A DNA stretch of 64,000 nucleotides from Spirochaetia bacterium (lineage in GTDB: Bacteria > Spirochaetota > Spirochaetia > UBA9216), in the NCBI GenBank assembly GCA_963677925.2, contig CAXXYH010000004.1, positions 736,001-800,000 of the forward strand. The letters run 5' to 3'. The notes beneath the pieces were generated by a model that ran no database searches, had not been told where the DNA came from, and saw only the letters and a list, made by a program, of their open reading frames with translations. Positions 48,051 to 57,775 of this stretch are shown one piece after another (positions within the stretch are counted from its first letter, which is position 1; the number at the start of each line of letters is the position of its first letter). The position numbers and the translations under genes are program-made.

Positions 48051-49333
48051 TGGTTTTAATGTTAACCCTCGGGTTGCTTATATTTTTAATTTTGGGGATG
48101 CCTGTTGCTGTAGCTATAGGTCTGTCTGCGGTAGGCGCTGCCTTTATTTCAGGTCCTGCTACGTTCAGCGCGGCTGTCGTTGCTATAAAAATGCAGGCAA
48201 GTCTTCATAGTTTTATTTTTCTTGCAGTACCTCTGTTTATTCTGGCTGCAAAGCTTATGAATAACTCAGGTATCTCGCACCGTATTTTCGGATTTGCCAA
48301 TACTTCCCTTGGTTTTCTTCCCGGAGGTCTCGCACAGGCTAATGTCGGGGCAAGCCTGCTTTTTGCCGGAATGACCGGAGCTGCTGTCGTTGATGCTGCC
48401 GGGCTTGGTCAGGTAGAGATCGACTCGATGACCAAAAACGGATATCCGAAAGATCTCAGTGTTGCTGTAACTGCTGCTTCATCAACTATTGGACCGATTT
48501 TTCCTCCGAGTGTTCCTATGATTGTCTTCTCGTTTGTCTCGAGTGTTTCAGTCGGAAGGCTTTTTCTCGGCGGAGTTGTTCCGGGACTTCTGATGACCGC
48601 AGGCCTTATGATTATGGTTGCAATCGTTGCAAAGCGACGAGATCTTCCGAGGCAGCCGGTTCCCACACTTAAACTGCTTGCCCGTGAGTTTATGGCGGCA
48701 TTCTTTCCGCTGCTTACACCTGTAATTCTTCTGGGCGGTATATGGCTTGGATTCTTTACTCCGACTGAAGCTGCTGCCGTCGCTGTAGTTTATGCATTTA
48801 TAGTTACGGTTTTTGTGATGAAAGAGCTTAAGCTGAAAGAGTTTATCAATATCTTTATTGATACTGCTAAAGAGGCTGCAAAAATAACTCTGATTGTTGC
48901 TGTTTCCGCTTTTTACGGATGGGTTTTGATGCGTTCAGGCCTGACCATTACAATTGCTCAGAAGCTGGTTGCCTTAAGCTCAAACCCCTTAGTGGTTCTG
49001 ATTGTTATAAATATATTTCTGCTGATCATCGGCTGTTTTCTTGATTCAACCGTCGCAATTCTGATCCTCGGCCCTGTTCTGATGCCTGTAATCAACCAGC
49101 TGGGTATCGACCCTGTACACTTCGGAGTAGTTATGGTTCTTAACCTTATGCTTGGTCTTATGACACCCCCCTTCGGAGTTATTCTGTTCGTTATGTCCGA
49201 GGTTTCCGGGATGAAGGTGGAGAATGTTATAAAAGCGGTACTTCCCTATCTGATACCGATCTTTATTGTACTGGTGCTGATGATCTTTATTCCGGGAATT
49301 GTAACAGCATTACCAAATTTGTTAATGAACTGA
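48050..49333 (+). CDS. dctM: TRAP large permease DctM
   Basis: AVPLFILA, GPIFPPSVP, FTPTEAAA and GIDPVHFGV...TPPFG. Confidence 0.93.
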   Translation: MVLMLTLGLLIFLILGMPVAVAIGLSAVGAAFISGPATFSAAVVAIKMQASLHSFIFLAVPLFILAAKLMNNSGISHRIFGFANTSLGFLPGGLAQANVGASLLFAGMTGAAVVDAAGLGQVEIDSMTKNGYPKDLSVAVTAASSTIGPIFPPSVPMIVFSFVSSVSVGRLFLGGVVPGLLMTAGLMIMVAIVAKRRDLPRQPVPTLKLLAREFMAAFFPLLTPVILLGGIWLGFFTPTEAAAVAVVYAFIVTVFVMKELKLKEFINIFIDTAKEAAKITLIVAVSAFYGWVLMRSGLTITIAQKLVALSSNPLVVLIVINIFLLIIGCFLDSTVAILILGPVLMPVINQLGIDPVHFGVVMVLNLMLGLMTPPFGVILFVMSEVSGMKVENVIKAVLPYLIPIFIVLVLMIFIPGIVTALPNLLMN

Positions 49334-49354
49334 CTTTGATGGAGAACTTAAAAT

Positions 49355-50296
49355 ATGATTGACCCGCAAACAGAGAGATTTTTAGAAAAACTTAATAATT
49401 TGGGACTGGCACCGGATACTAACGATACACCGGTAGAGGCGAGGGAAAGACTGTTCCGAAGGCTTGAGCTGATACAGGAAGAAAAGCAGGATGTCAGTTC
49501 TGTTGAAGATAAAACAATAGAAGGTAAACATGGACCGTTTAAAGTCCGTGTTTACCGTCCCGCAGGTATTGATGCTGAAGCAGTGATTCCTGTGCTGATA
49601 TATTTCCACGGCGGAGGCTGGGTTGTCGGCAGTATTGAAACAGTCGACAGTGTATGCAGGAAGCTCTGTAATGAATCCGGCGCCTGTGTTGTTTCAGTAG
49701 ATTATCATCTGGCTCCTGAATATAAATTTCCACGGCCTGTTGATGATGCATTAACCGCTGCTTACTGGGTATACCGGAACTGCAGTATGCTTCATATTGA
49801 TCCGGATAAGATTGCTGTCGGCGGAGACAGTGCAGGCGGAAACCTGGCTATTGTCGTTTCTATTCTGGCTAGAGATGCCGGAGATCTGCCTGTGGCATTT
49901 CAGCTGCTTTTCTACCCGGGTGTCGATCTTCAGCCTGTCAGGTCCGCCAACAGTGAAGAGAATGGAGATGCTCCGATTCTTGGGAATGGTGCATTGGATT
50001 ACTTCAGAAATTTCTATCTTGAGAATGATGAAGACGGTATGGACTGGAAGGCTTCTCCAATAATATGCAGTGATTTAAGCGGTCTGCCGCCGTCTTTTAT
50101 GATAACAGCAGGAAACGATCCGCTTCATGATGAAGGGATGGCTTTTGCGCAGAAACTCAGTGAAGCCGGTAATGACAGTACTTTCATAAATTTTGAACGG
50201 CAGATTCATGGATTTATGACATTGCCAAGAGAGATAGATGAGTCAAAAACAGCATTGAGTATTGCAGCTGCAGAACTTAAACGCAGGATGATATAA
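49355..50296 (+). CDS. Hormone-sensitive-lipase family esterase
   Basis: HGGGW, GDSAGG, DPLHDEG and HGF. Confidence 0.9.
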   Translation: MIDPQTERFLEKLNNLGLAPDTNDTPVEARERLFRRLELIQEEKQDVSSVEDKTIEGKHGPFKVRVYRPAGIDAEAVIPVLIYFHGGGWVVGSIETVDSVCRKLCNESGACVVSVDYHLAPEYKFPRPVDDALTAAYWVYRNCSMLHIDPDKIAVGGDSAGGNLAIVVSILARDAGDLPVAFQLLFYPGVDLQPVRSANSEENGDAPILGNGALDYFRNFYLENDEDGMDWKASPIICSDLSGLPPSFMITAGNDPLHDEGMAFAQKLSEAGNDSTFINFERQIHGFMTLPREIDESKTALSIAAAELKRRMI

Positions 50297-50381
50297 AGAA
50301 ATTTATCTGATTTTCATTTACAGCATCAATGGTTATAATTGTCATCAGTAAAAAAATTTCTGATGAGTTAAAGGATTATTC

Positions 50382-51011
50382 GTGGGATTCAATTATAAAG
50401 AAAAAGCCTATAAGGTTCTTAAAGAAAAAATAATCACTTGTGAATTAATGCCCGGTGCTGTGGTGGATCAGAATCAGCTGATGGAAGAGATAGGAGTCAG
50501 CAGGACTCCCGTTCGTGAAGCTGTGAACGCGCTTGAACAGGAGGGGCTGCTTGTTGTAATGCCTCGAAGAGGAGTCATTGTTTCCAATATTTCATTAAAG
50601 GAAGTCAGTCATATATATACTGTCAGGGAAACTATGGAACCGGTAATTGCCGAGCTTGCAACTCCTGTTGCTGAAATAAAAACATTGGAAAAATTTCGCG
50701 ATGTTTTTAAAAATTCTAGTGATGATTTTACGTTAGTTACTCATAACGATTATCTTCTGCATGTATATTTTGCAGAATGCACAGGTAACAGTTATTTGAT
50801 CAGGCTTATGGATAATGTTCTGTCCCACAATATGAGGATAGTTGTTCTGGGTTCAAGAATTCCGGATAGAATTAAAACAAGCAATCATGAGCATCTGGAA
50901 ATTATTGAGCGAATGCTTGATAGAAATGCGGAAGGCGCAAAACTGGCGATGCAGAAGCATATTATGTCGGCAAAAAAAATAGCCTCATCAATTAATGGAG
51001 TTGAATACTAA
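50382..51011 (+). CDS. GntR/FCD-family regulator (RspR-like)
   Basis: IGVSRTPVREA HTH; FCD domain with conserved His residues; GTG start. Confidence 0.9.
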   Translation: MGFNYKEKAYKVLKEKIITCELMPGAVVDQNQLMEEIGVSRTPVREAVNALEQEGLLVVMPRRGVIVSNISLKEVSHIYTVRETMEPVIAELATPVAEIKTLEKFRDVFKNSSDDFTLVTHNDYLLHVYFAECTGNSYLIRLMDNVLSHNMRIVVLGSRIPDRIKTSNHEHLEIIERMLDRNAEGAKLAMQKHIMSAKKIASSINGVEY

Positions 51012-51038
51012 GTCATCACTCTAAGATGGAGTGATAGT

Positions 51039-52073
51039 ATGAAAGCATTGCAGGTTGTTGAACCTGGAAAAATTATAGTTGCGGATCTTCCCGAACCCGG
51101 AGAACCCGGTCCCGGCGAAGTTCTTGTAAAAACAAAGGCAGCAGGTATCTGCTATTCCGATATCCACATTTACCATGGTACTTCTCCCTTTGCTCTTTAT
51201 CCCCGTGTTATCGGACATGAAGCAGTAGGTGAAGTATATAAAACCGGTGAGGGTGTTACTAAAGTAAAACCCGGCGATCGTGTGGTTCTTGAACCTATTG
51301 AACCCTGCGGACATTGCTATGCCTGCAGAAAGGGCCGCCCCAATGTATGCGAGAGTATGAATGTCAGGGGTGTAAACAAGGACGGCGGTTTTCAGGAATA
51401 TTTCACAGCCTTTGAAGACAAGGTTCATAAATTTTCAGACAGCCTGGACTGGAAAGATGCTGTCATGATTGAACCCTTCACCATTGGTGCCCAGGTCTGC
51501 TTTCGTGGCGGTGTGGAGAAGGATGATCTTGTTCTGATTATCGGAGCAGGACCCACCGGACTTGCGGTCCTCGAAAACGCAAAACTTCTCGGAGCAAAAG
51601 TGATAGTTTCCGACCTCAGTGACAAGCGTCTTGATTTTGCAAAGGAGTTCGGTGCTGATTACACAGTTAACCCTGAAAAGGCCGATCTTGCTGAAGAGGT
51701 TCGAAAAATTTCAGACGGCATGATGTGCAATGTCGTAATTGATGCCGCCGGAACTCCGGCAACACTTGAGCAGGCTGTAACGCTTGCTTCTACAGCAGCG
51801 AGAATAGTCTGTCTGGGGTTCACAGACACCTATGCAAAGATGTCTATGCTGAACATAACAAAGAAAGAACTTACGGTTGTCGGCTCAAGACTTCAGACCT
51901 ATCAGTTTGAAAAATGCGTAAAAGTCTTCAATGAGGGAAAAACAAAAATCACCAGACTGATTACCCATGTTTTTGACTACGATAAGGTGCAGGAAGCCTT
52001 TAATCTTATTGAAAATAACCAGAAAGAAATCGGGAAAATAATTCTAAGCTTTGACGTAGAGGAAGATAAATAA
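51039..52073 (+). CDS. Zn-dependent sugar-acid dehydrogenase (RspB/YjmD / L-gulonate 5-dehydrogenase-like)
   Basis: GICYSD, YPRVIGHE, CGHCYACRKGRPNVC, IEPFTI and KELTVVGSR. Confidence 0.85.
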   Translation: MKALQVVEPGKIIVADLPEPGEPGPGEVLVKTKAAGICYSDIHIYHGTSPFALYPRVIGHEAVGEVYKTGEGVTKVKPGDRVVLEPIEPCGHCYACRKGRPNVCESMNVRGVNKDGGFQEYFTAFEDKVHKFSDSLDWKDAVMIEPFTIGAQVCFRGGVEKDDLVLIIGAGPTGLAVLENAKLLGAKVIVSDLSDKRLDFAKEFGADYTVNPEKADLAEEVRKISDGMMCNVVIDAAGTPATLEQAVTLASTAARIVCLGFTDTYAKMSMLNITKKELTVVGSRLQTYQFEKCVKVFNEGKTKITRLITHVFDYDKVQEAFNLIENNQKEIGKIILSFDVEEDK

Positions 52074-53143
52074 TGAAAATGACCTGGAGATGGTTCGGGC
52101 AGGGAAATGACAGCATCACCCTTGATCAGATAAAACAAATACCCGGAGTTGAGGGGATAGTCTGGTCCCTGCACGACAAGGTTGCCGGAGAGCTCTGGGA
52201 CTCAGAGCGAATAAAAGCTGAGGCTGATTTTATAAAGGCAGCCGGCTTCAATGCTGAAGTAGTTGAGAGTGTAAATATTCATGACTCAATTAAAATAGGC
52301 TCTCCGGAGAGAGACCGTTACATAGATATTTATATCGATACCATAGAAAAGCTTTCGAAGGTTGGGGTAAAGGTAATCTGCTACAACTTTATGCCGGTTT
52401 TTGACTGGATCAGAACAGATCTTTACAAAGGCCTGTCCGATGGTTCGAATGCTCTCTTTTACGAAAAGCTGAAGGCTGAAGTTGATCCGCAGGATTTGAT
52501 TGGTGAAATTCTCAAGAACGGCAATAAATTCACAATGCCGGGCTGGGAGCCTGAAAGACTTGCCGGTATCAGTGAACTGTTTGAAGCTTATAAAGATGTA
52601 GATGAAGCAAAACTTACTGAAAACTGTAAGTACTTTCTTGAAAGAATAATGCCTGCGTGTGAAAAATATGATGTGAAAATGGCCATTCACCCGGATGATC
52701 CGCCATGGCCTATGTACGGTCTTCCACGTATTATCCGAAGTGCCGATCATATTGATCGCTTTCTGAAGCTGGTGGACAGTCCCTGCAACGGGCTGACCTT
52801 CTGTACCGGTTCGCTTGGTGCCAACCCGGAAAATGATCTTCCTGCAATGATACGCAGGTTCGGTGATCGTATTCATTTTGCGCACGTCAGAAATCTTAAA
52901 TATTTGGACGGCGGAAACTTCATTGAATCATCTCACAAGACCAGCGATGGAAATCTTGATGTAGCAGAGATAGTAAAAGCACTGCTTGAGGTCTCTCCTG
53001 ATGCCTATATCCGCCCTGATCATGGACGTCATATCTGGGGTGAGGAATCGGAATGCCGTCCCGGATACGGTCTTTATGACAGGGCTCTTGGAGTCATGTA
53101 TCTTAACGGGCTGATTGATGCCTACGGAAACTGCGGAGAATAG
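52073..53143 (+). CDS. uxuA: Mannonate dehydratase
   Basis: MKMTWRWFG, CYNFMPVFDW, IHPDDPP, RPDHGR and PGYGLYDRALG. Confidence 0.96.
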   Translation: MKMTWRWFGQGNDSITLDQIKQIPGVEGIVWSLHDKVAGELWDSERIKAEADFIKAAGFNAEVVESVNIHDSIKIGSPERDRYIDIYIDTIEKLSKVGVKVICYNFMPVFDWIRTDLYKGLSDGSNALFYEKLKAEVDPQDLIGEILKNGNKFTMPGWEPERLAGISELFEAYKDVDEAKLTENCKYFLERIMPACEKYDVKMAIHPDDPPWPMYGLPRIIRSADHIDRFLKLVDSPCNGLTFCTGSLGANPENDLPAMIRRFGDRIHFAHVRNLKYLDGGNFIESSHKTSDGNLDVAEIVKALLEVSPDAYIRPDHGRHIWGEESECRPGYGLYDRALGVMYLNGLIDAYGNCGE

Positions 53144-53145
53144 AA

Positions 53146-54750
53146 ATGCCTGAACTTAAGCTTAAAACTCTCAATAATTCGGGATGGGAATCCGCCGGTG
53201 TTAAAACTCCTGCCTTTGATATTCAGGCAATGAAAGAAAGAACCTCCCGTAAGCCTGAATGGGTCCACTTCGGTGCGGGAAACATATTCCGCGGCTTTAT
53301 TGCGGCAAACCACCAGCACCTGCTTGAGGCAGGCAAGGCGGATACAGGAATTATTGCTGTTGAAACATTTGACTACGAGATAATTGATAAAATCTATAAG
53401 CCTTATGACAAGCTGACACTTAATGTTTCCGCCTCTGCCGACGGAACGCTTAAAAAGGAAATAACTGCATCCGTTGCGGAAGCTCTGAAAGGTGATATGG
53501 AACCGGGAGCTGATACCGGCAGACTGAAATCGGTATTCGGGGCACCCTCGCTCAAAATGGTTAGTTTCACTGTTACAGAAAAGGGCTATACAATAAGCGG
53601 AACAGACGGACAGCTGATGCCTGTGGTTCTGAAAGATCTCGATGCCGGACCTGAAAAGCCCTCCCATCTTATGTGCATCCTTACCTCTCTTATGCTTCAC
53701 CGATATAAAAGCGGGGCCCTTCCTGTTGCTCTTGTGAGCATGGACAACTGCTCACATAACGGTGAGAAGCTTATGAATACTGTACTTCAGGTTGCCGAAG
53801 AATGGAAAATACGCGGCTTTTTGAATCAGGAATTTATTGAATATCTGAAAAATCCAAAGCTTGTGTCTTTCCCCTGGTCAATGATCGACCGCATCACACC
53901 AAGGCCTTCAGATGATATTAAAGATGATCTGGAGCTTGCAGGAATAAGCGGAATGGCGCCGGTAATAACTTCAAGAAATACTTATATAGCACCCTTTGTA
54001 AATTCCGAGGAAACGAAATATTTGTTTATTGAAGATTTGTTTCCTAACGGAAGAATTGAGCTTGGCGATACCGAGGGTATGTGGTTTACCGACAGAGAGA
54101 CCGTTAACCGCATAGAGACTATGAAGGTCACAACCTGTCTGAATCCTCTGCATACGGCAATTGCTGTGACTGGCTGTATGTTTAACTATACCCTGGTCTC
54201 AGAAGCTGTAAAGGATGCCGAAATTGACAGGCTGATCAAGCGTATAGGTTACGATGAAGGTCTGCCGGTTGTAATCGATCCGGGAATTATCAGTGCTAAA
54301 GATTTTCTTGATGAAGTCTATTTCAGGCGCCTTAGAAACCCCTATATCCCCGACAGCCCTGCAAGGATTGCCTCTGATACTTCGCTCAAAGTCGGTATCC
54401 GCTTCGGTGAAACAATTAAGGCTTACCACAGGAATGGAAAGGCCTCTGAGTCGCTTATAGGTATACCGCTTGCTATTGCTGCGTGGCTTAGATACCTGAT
54501 GGGTACTGATGATAAGGGTGAACCGCTGGAGATAAGTGTTGATCCGCAGAAGGATTATCTGGTTGAAATACTTCATGGCTCCGAATCCAATGAGGGGCAT
54601 CCCGATCTCAGGCCTGTTCTGTCGAATGCTGCAATATTCGGAATTGATCTGTATGAGGCTGGAATTGGAGATCTTACTCAGAAGCTGTTTAATGAAATGA
54701 ATTCAGGTGCCGGAGCTGTCAGAAAGACATTATCAAGCCGCCTGACCTGA
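53146..54750 (+). CDS. uxuB: Mannitol dehydrogenase family D-mannonate oxidoreductase (fructuronate reductase)
   Basis: WVHFGAGNIFRGF, TVTEKGY, SMDNCSHNG, MIDRITP and KVTTCLNPLH; follows uxuA. Confidence 0.85.
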   Translation: MPELKLKTLNNSGWESAGVKTPAFDIQAMKERTSRKPEWVHFGAGNIFRGFIAANHQHLLEAGKADTGIIAVETFDYEIIDKIYKPYDKLTLNVSASADGTLKKEITASVAEALKGDMEPGADTGRLKSVFGAPSLKMVSFTVTEKGYTISGTDGQLMPVVLKDLDAGPEKPSHLMCILTSLMLHRYKSGALPVALVSMDNCSHNGEKLMNTVLQVAEEWKIRGFLNQEFIEYLKNPKLVSFPWSMIDRITPRPSDDIKDDLELAGISGMAPVITSRNTYIAPFVNSEETKYLFIEDLFPNGRIELGDTEGMWFTDRETVNRIETMKVTTCLNPLHTAIAVTGCMFNYTLVSEAVKDAEIDRLIKRIGYDEGLPVVIDPGIISAKDFLDEVYFRRLRNPYIPDSPARIASDTSLKVGIRFGETIKAYHRNGKASESLIGIPLAIAAWLRYLMGTDDKGEPLEISVDPQKDYLVEILHGSESNEGHPDLRPVLSNAAIFGIDLYEAGIGDLTQKLFNEMNSGAGAVRKTLSSRLT

Positions 54751-54823
54751 AGAACTTAAAAAAATGTATGCAGAAAATGCTGCTAAGGTTTACAGCCTTA
54801 GCTGATTTTGCTATGAATTAATA

Positions 54824-55282
54824 ATGATTAGGGACGTAGAAATAAGCAGAGCAGATCTGAACGACGTTGAAGAATTGAGCAGTCTTTTAAATATACTTTT
54901 CAGTATGGAAGCTGAGTTCACACCGGACAAGGACGCCCAGATGCGGGGCCTTGGAATGATAATTGAAGATCCGGATACCGGATTTATTCTGAAAGCGGTA
55001 CACCAGAACCAGATTGTTGGAATGGTTAATATTCTTTTTACTGTATCAACCGCACTTGGAAAGAGGGTAGCCATCCTTGAAGATCTTGTAATTCATCCTG
55101 ACTACAGAAGGAATAGAATCGCCTCCGAGCTGATCAGGGCGGTAGAGCGCAATCTTCTTGAATTTGATATAGGAAGGCTTACCCTTCTGACCGATGATAC
55201 AAACGCGGAATCGCAGAGTTTTTACCTTAAAAACGGATTTTTTAAATCCGAGATGGTTGTATTCCGAAAGCTGGAAGGATAG
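54824..55282 (+). CDS. GNAT acetyltransferase
   Basis: LEDLVIHPDYRRNRIA...N..SQSFYLKNGF. Confidence 0.85.
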   Translation: MIRDVEISRADLNDVEELSSLLNILFSMEAEFTPDKDAQMRGLGMIIEDPDTGFILKAVHQNQIVGMVNILFTVSTALGKRVAILEDLVIHPDYRRNRIASELIRAVERNLLEFDIGRLTLLTDDTNAESQSFYLKNGFFKSEMVVFRKLEG

Positions 55283-55293
55283 AGATTAAAACA

Positions 55294-55326
55294 GGCTGCC
55301 TGACGTAAAAGTCGGCAGCTTTTTTT
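55294..55326. terminator. Terminator between convergent genes
   Basis: GGCTGCC.GAC-GTAAAA-GTCGGCAGCTTTTTTT. Confidence 0.7.
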
Positions 55327-55338
55327 ATACGCTATAAT

Positions 55339-56364
55339 TCAGTCCCAGTGAAGCAGAACCTTTCCGGCCCGTCCTGTTCGCATGATCTCGAATCCTTCAT
55401 GAAAATTGTCAACCGGCAGCTCATGTGTGATTATAGGGTCAATCTCAAGGCCTGTTCTGACCATCGCGGCCATCTTATACCAGGTTTCAAACATTTCACG
55501 TCCGTAGATCCCCTTTAGGGTAAGTCCCTTGAATATGATTTCACTCCAGTCTATTTCACTTTGGCCGGAAGGCAGTCCGAGCATTGCTACGCGTCCTCCG
55601 TTATTCATAAGAGAAAACATCTGCCGCTGTGCTGAAGGATTCCCAGACATCTCAAGTCCGACGTCAAATCCTTCAAGCATATGAAGTTCGCTCATGACAT
55701 CCGGAAGATTTTCCCGCGCGGTGTTAACAGTTTTTGTAACACCGAAATCTCTGGCAAGCTGAAGGCGGTAGTCATTAACGTCTGTGATGATAATATATCG
55801 GGCTCCGGCATGACGTGCCACAGCGGCCGCCATTATCCCTATCGGGCCTGCGCCTGTGATTAGAACATCTTCTCCGACTAAATCATATGCTAGCGCGGTA
55901 TGAACCGCGTTTCCAAGGGGATCAAAGATGGCTGCGATCCGGTCGGGGATATAATCATCAAGCTTAAATGCGTTGTATGCAGGAAGAACAAGATATTCTG
56001 CAAAACAGCCGGTCCGGTTAACCCCGATACCGCTTGTATTGCGGCAGAGATGACGCTTTCCTGCACGGCAGTTTCTGCAGTGCCCGCAGGTGATATGTCC
56101 TTCACCGGTAACCCTGTCGCCGATATGAAATCCGTCGACTTCGCTTCCGGCTTTTTCTACTACACCCACAAACTCATGACCGGTTATCATCGGTACAGGT
56201 ATTGTCTTTCTTGACCACTCATCCCAGTTGTAAATATGGACATCGGTGCCGCAGATGGCTGTAATCTTTATCCTTATAAGCAGATCGTTAGGTCCGTATT
56301 CCGGAACAGGTGAATCAATCATCCACAGGCCGGGTTCTGATTTTGTCTTTGCCAGCGCTTTCAT
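55339..56364 (-). CDS. tdh: L-threonine 3-dehydrogenase
   Basis: [32 protein letters not shown] and [14 protein letters not shown]. Confidence 0.96.
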   Translation of the reverse strand: MKALAKTKSEPGLWMIDSPVPEYGPNDLLIRIKITAICGTDVHIYNWDEWSRKTIPVPMITGHEFVGVVEKAGSEVDGFHIGDRVTGEGHITCGHCRNCRAGKRHLCRNTSGIGVNRTGCFAEYLVLPAYNAFKLDDYIPDRIAAIFDPLGNAVHTALAYDLVGEDVLITGAGPIGIMAAAVARHAGARYIIITDVNDYRLQLARDFGVTKTVNTARENLPDVMSELHMLEGFDVGLEMSGNPSAQRQMFSLMNNGGRVAMLGLPSGQSEIDWSEIIFKGLTLKGIYGREMFETWYKMAAMVRTGLEIDPIITHELPVDNFHEGFEIMRTGRAGKVLLHWD

Positions 56365-56367
56365 GAT

Positions 56368-57555
56368 TTAAATAACCCCCAGTTCCTTTCCGGCTGCAGC
56401 GATGGTTTCTACCGCCTGCCGGACCTGTTCAGTGCTGTGTGCCGCCGACATCTGAAAACGAATCCTTGCCTGTCCTTCAGGCACTACAGGATAGCTGAAT
56501 CCCACTGCATAGACCCCTCGTTCAAGCAGAAGGTCCGCCATTTTAACGGCAAGCGGGGCATCATAAAGCATCAGCGGAACAATCGGGTGTACACCTTCCA
56601 CTATTGTAAACCCGGCGGACTTCAGGCCTTCCCGGAATATTTCTGTATTGTTATTAAGGGCAGTACGGAGGTCGCCGCTGCCGCGCAGCATCTCCAGAGT
56701 TTTCAGTGCAGTATATGTCATAACCGGTGCAAGCGAATTTGAGAAAAGATAAGGACGTGAACGCTGACGCAGCCAGTCAATAATTTCCCTGCGGCCTGAA
56801 GTATAACCGCCGGAGGCCCCTCCCAGAGCCTTTCCCAGTGTTCCCGTTACAATATCAACGCGATCCCGGACTCCGCAGTATTCAGGCGTCCCGGTACCGT
56901 TTTCTCCGATAAAACCTACAGCGTGAGAATCATCAACCATGACAATTGCGTCATAGCGGTCAGCCAGTTCGCAGATTCCTGCAAGATTAGCAATTATACC
57001 GTCCATTGAAAAAACCCCGTCTGTGGCTATTAGTCTGAAGCGGCAGTTCGAGGCTTCTTTGAGGCAGTTTTCAAGCTCTCCCATATTGTTGTTTGCATAA
57101 CGCATCCTCCGCGCCTTTGAGAGCCTTACACCGTCAATGATGCTGGCATGGTTTAAAGCATCCGAGATAATTACATCCTCTTCCCCGAGAATTGTTTCAA
57201 AGAGTCCGCCGTTTGCATCGAAGCAGGATGAGTAAAGTATTGTGCTTTGAGTTCCGAGAAAGCTGCTTAACTGTTTTTCAAGTTCCTGATGAATCGACTG
57301 TGTCCCGCAGATAAACCTTACCGATGACAGTCCGTACCCGTATTGTTCAAGCCCCTCTTTGGCCGCGGCTATCAGTTCCGGGCTGTCTGAAAGTCCCAGG
57401 TAGTTATTGGCGCAGAAATTAATTACCTTCCGGCCGTCTTCAAGAGTAATTTCAGCCTGCTGGGGAGAACAGATAGTGCGTTCCTGTTTGTACAGGCCTT
57501 TTGCTTTAAGCGCCCCGGCTTCATTCCTGTAGAAATCAAAGATCTTCCTGCTCAT
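56368..57555 (-). CDS. kbl: Glycine C-acetyltransferase (2-amino-3-ketobutyrate CoA ligase)
   Basis: [34 protein letters not shown] and [10 protein letters not shown]; paired with tdh. Confidence 0.96.
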   Translation of the reverse strand: MSRKIFDFYRNEAGALKAKGLYKQERTICSPQQAEITLEDGRKVINFCANNYLGLSDSPELIAAAKEGLEQYGYGLSSVRFICGTQSIHQELEKQLSSFLGTQSTILYSSCFDANGGLFETILGEEDVIISDALNHASIIDGVRLSKARRMRYANNNMGELENCLKEASNCRFRLIATDGVFSMDGIIANLAGICELADRYDAIVMVDDSHAVGFIGENGTGTPEYCGVRDRVDIVTGTLGKALGGASGGYTSGRREIIDWLRQRSRPYLFSNSLAPVMTYTALKTLEMLRGSGDLRTALNNNTEIFREGLKSAGFTIVEGVHPIVPLMLYDAPLAVKMADLLLERGVYAVGFSYPVVPEGQARIRFQMSAAHSTEQVRQAVETIAAAGKELGVI

Positions 57556-57631
57556 ATCAGCCTCCTGATGGTATATTTTACCACGGTTCCTGATAGACCG
57601 GTAATTTCTAAATGATATTTAGGCTTATAGC

Positions 57632-57661
57632 TTGACCGGCCGTATGAAAATCCAATAAATT
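57632..57661 (+). promoter_or_regulatory. Candidate promoter for the riboswitch-ALDH transcript
   Basis: TTGACC-18 bp-TAAATT, ending about 9 nt before the riboswitch P1. Confidence 0.45.
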
Positions 57662-57669
57662 TATAGCAA

Positions 57670-57771
57670 ATCTTCGAGTCCCGTGCTCCTAAATGAAGTC
57701 TCAACTCACATGGAGCCTGGACCGACAGGGTGTTGCCGGAAACAGCAATGCCTCCCGACTGGAAAGGAGAT
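57670..57771 (+). ncRNA. Moco/Tuco riboswitch (Moco RNA motif), P3-less tungsten-cofactor-type variant
   Basis: P1 AUCUUC/GGAGAU covers the RBS. P2 GUCC/GGAC and GCUCC/GGAGC carry the CCUAA...AUGG tetraloop receptor. AGGG junction. P4 GGUGUUGC/GCAAUGCC has a GAAA loop. The GCCUCCCG...UGGAAAGG 3' end is as in the E. coli moaA leader. Confidence 0.85.
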
Positions 57772-57775
57772 AAAA

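Noticed and set aside
52286-53700. Antisense ORFs of 199 and 192 aa opposite uxuA/uxuB
   Set aside because: Shadows of strongly conserved genes, with no recognisable motifs.
57556-57630. Possible glycine riboswitch for kbl-tdh
   Set aside because: No glycine-aptamer motifs. The structured RNA in this gap is on the other strand and belongs to the ALDH.
57683-57775. 31-aa N-terminal extension of the ALDH in the ORF track
   Set aside because: It runs through the riboswitch and has no RBS; the strong SD precedes ATG 57776.
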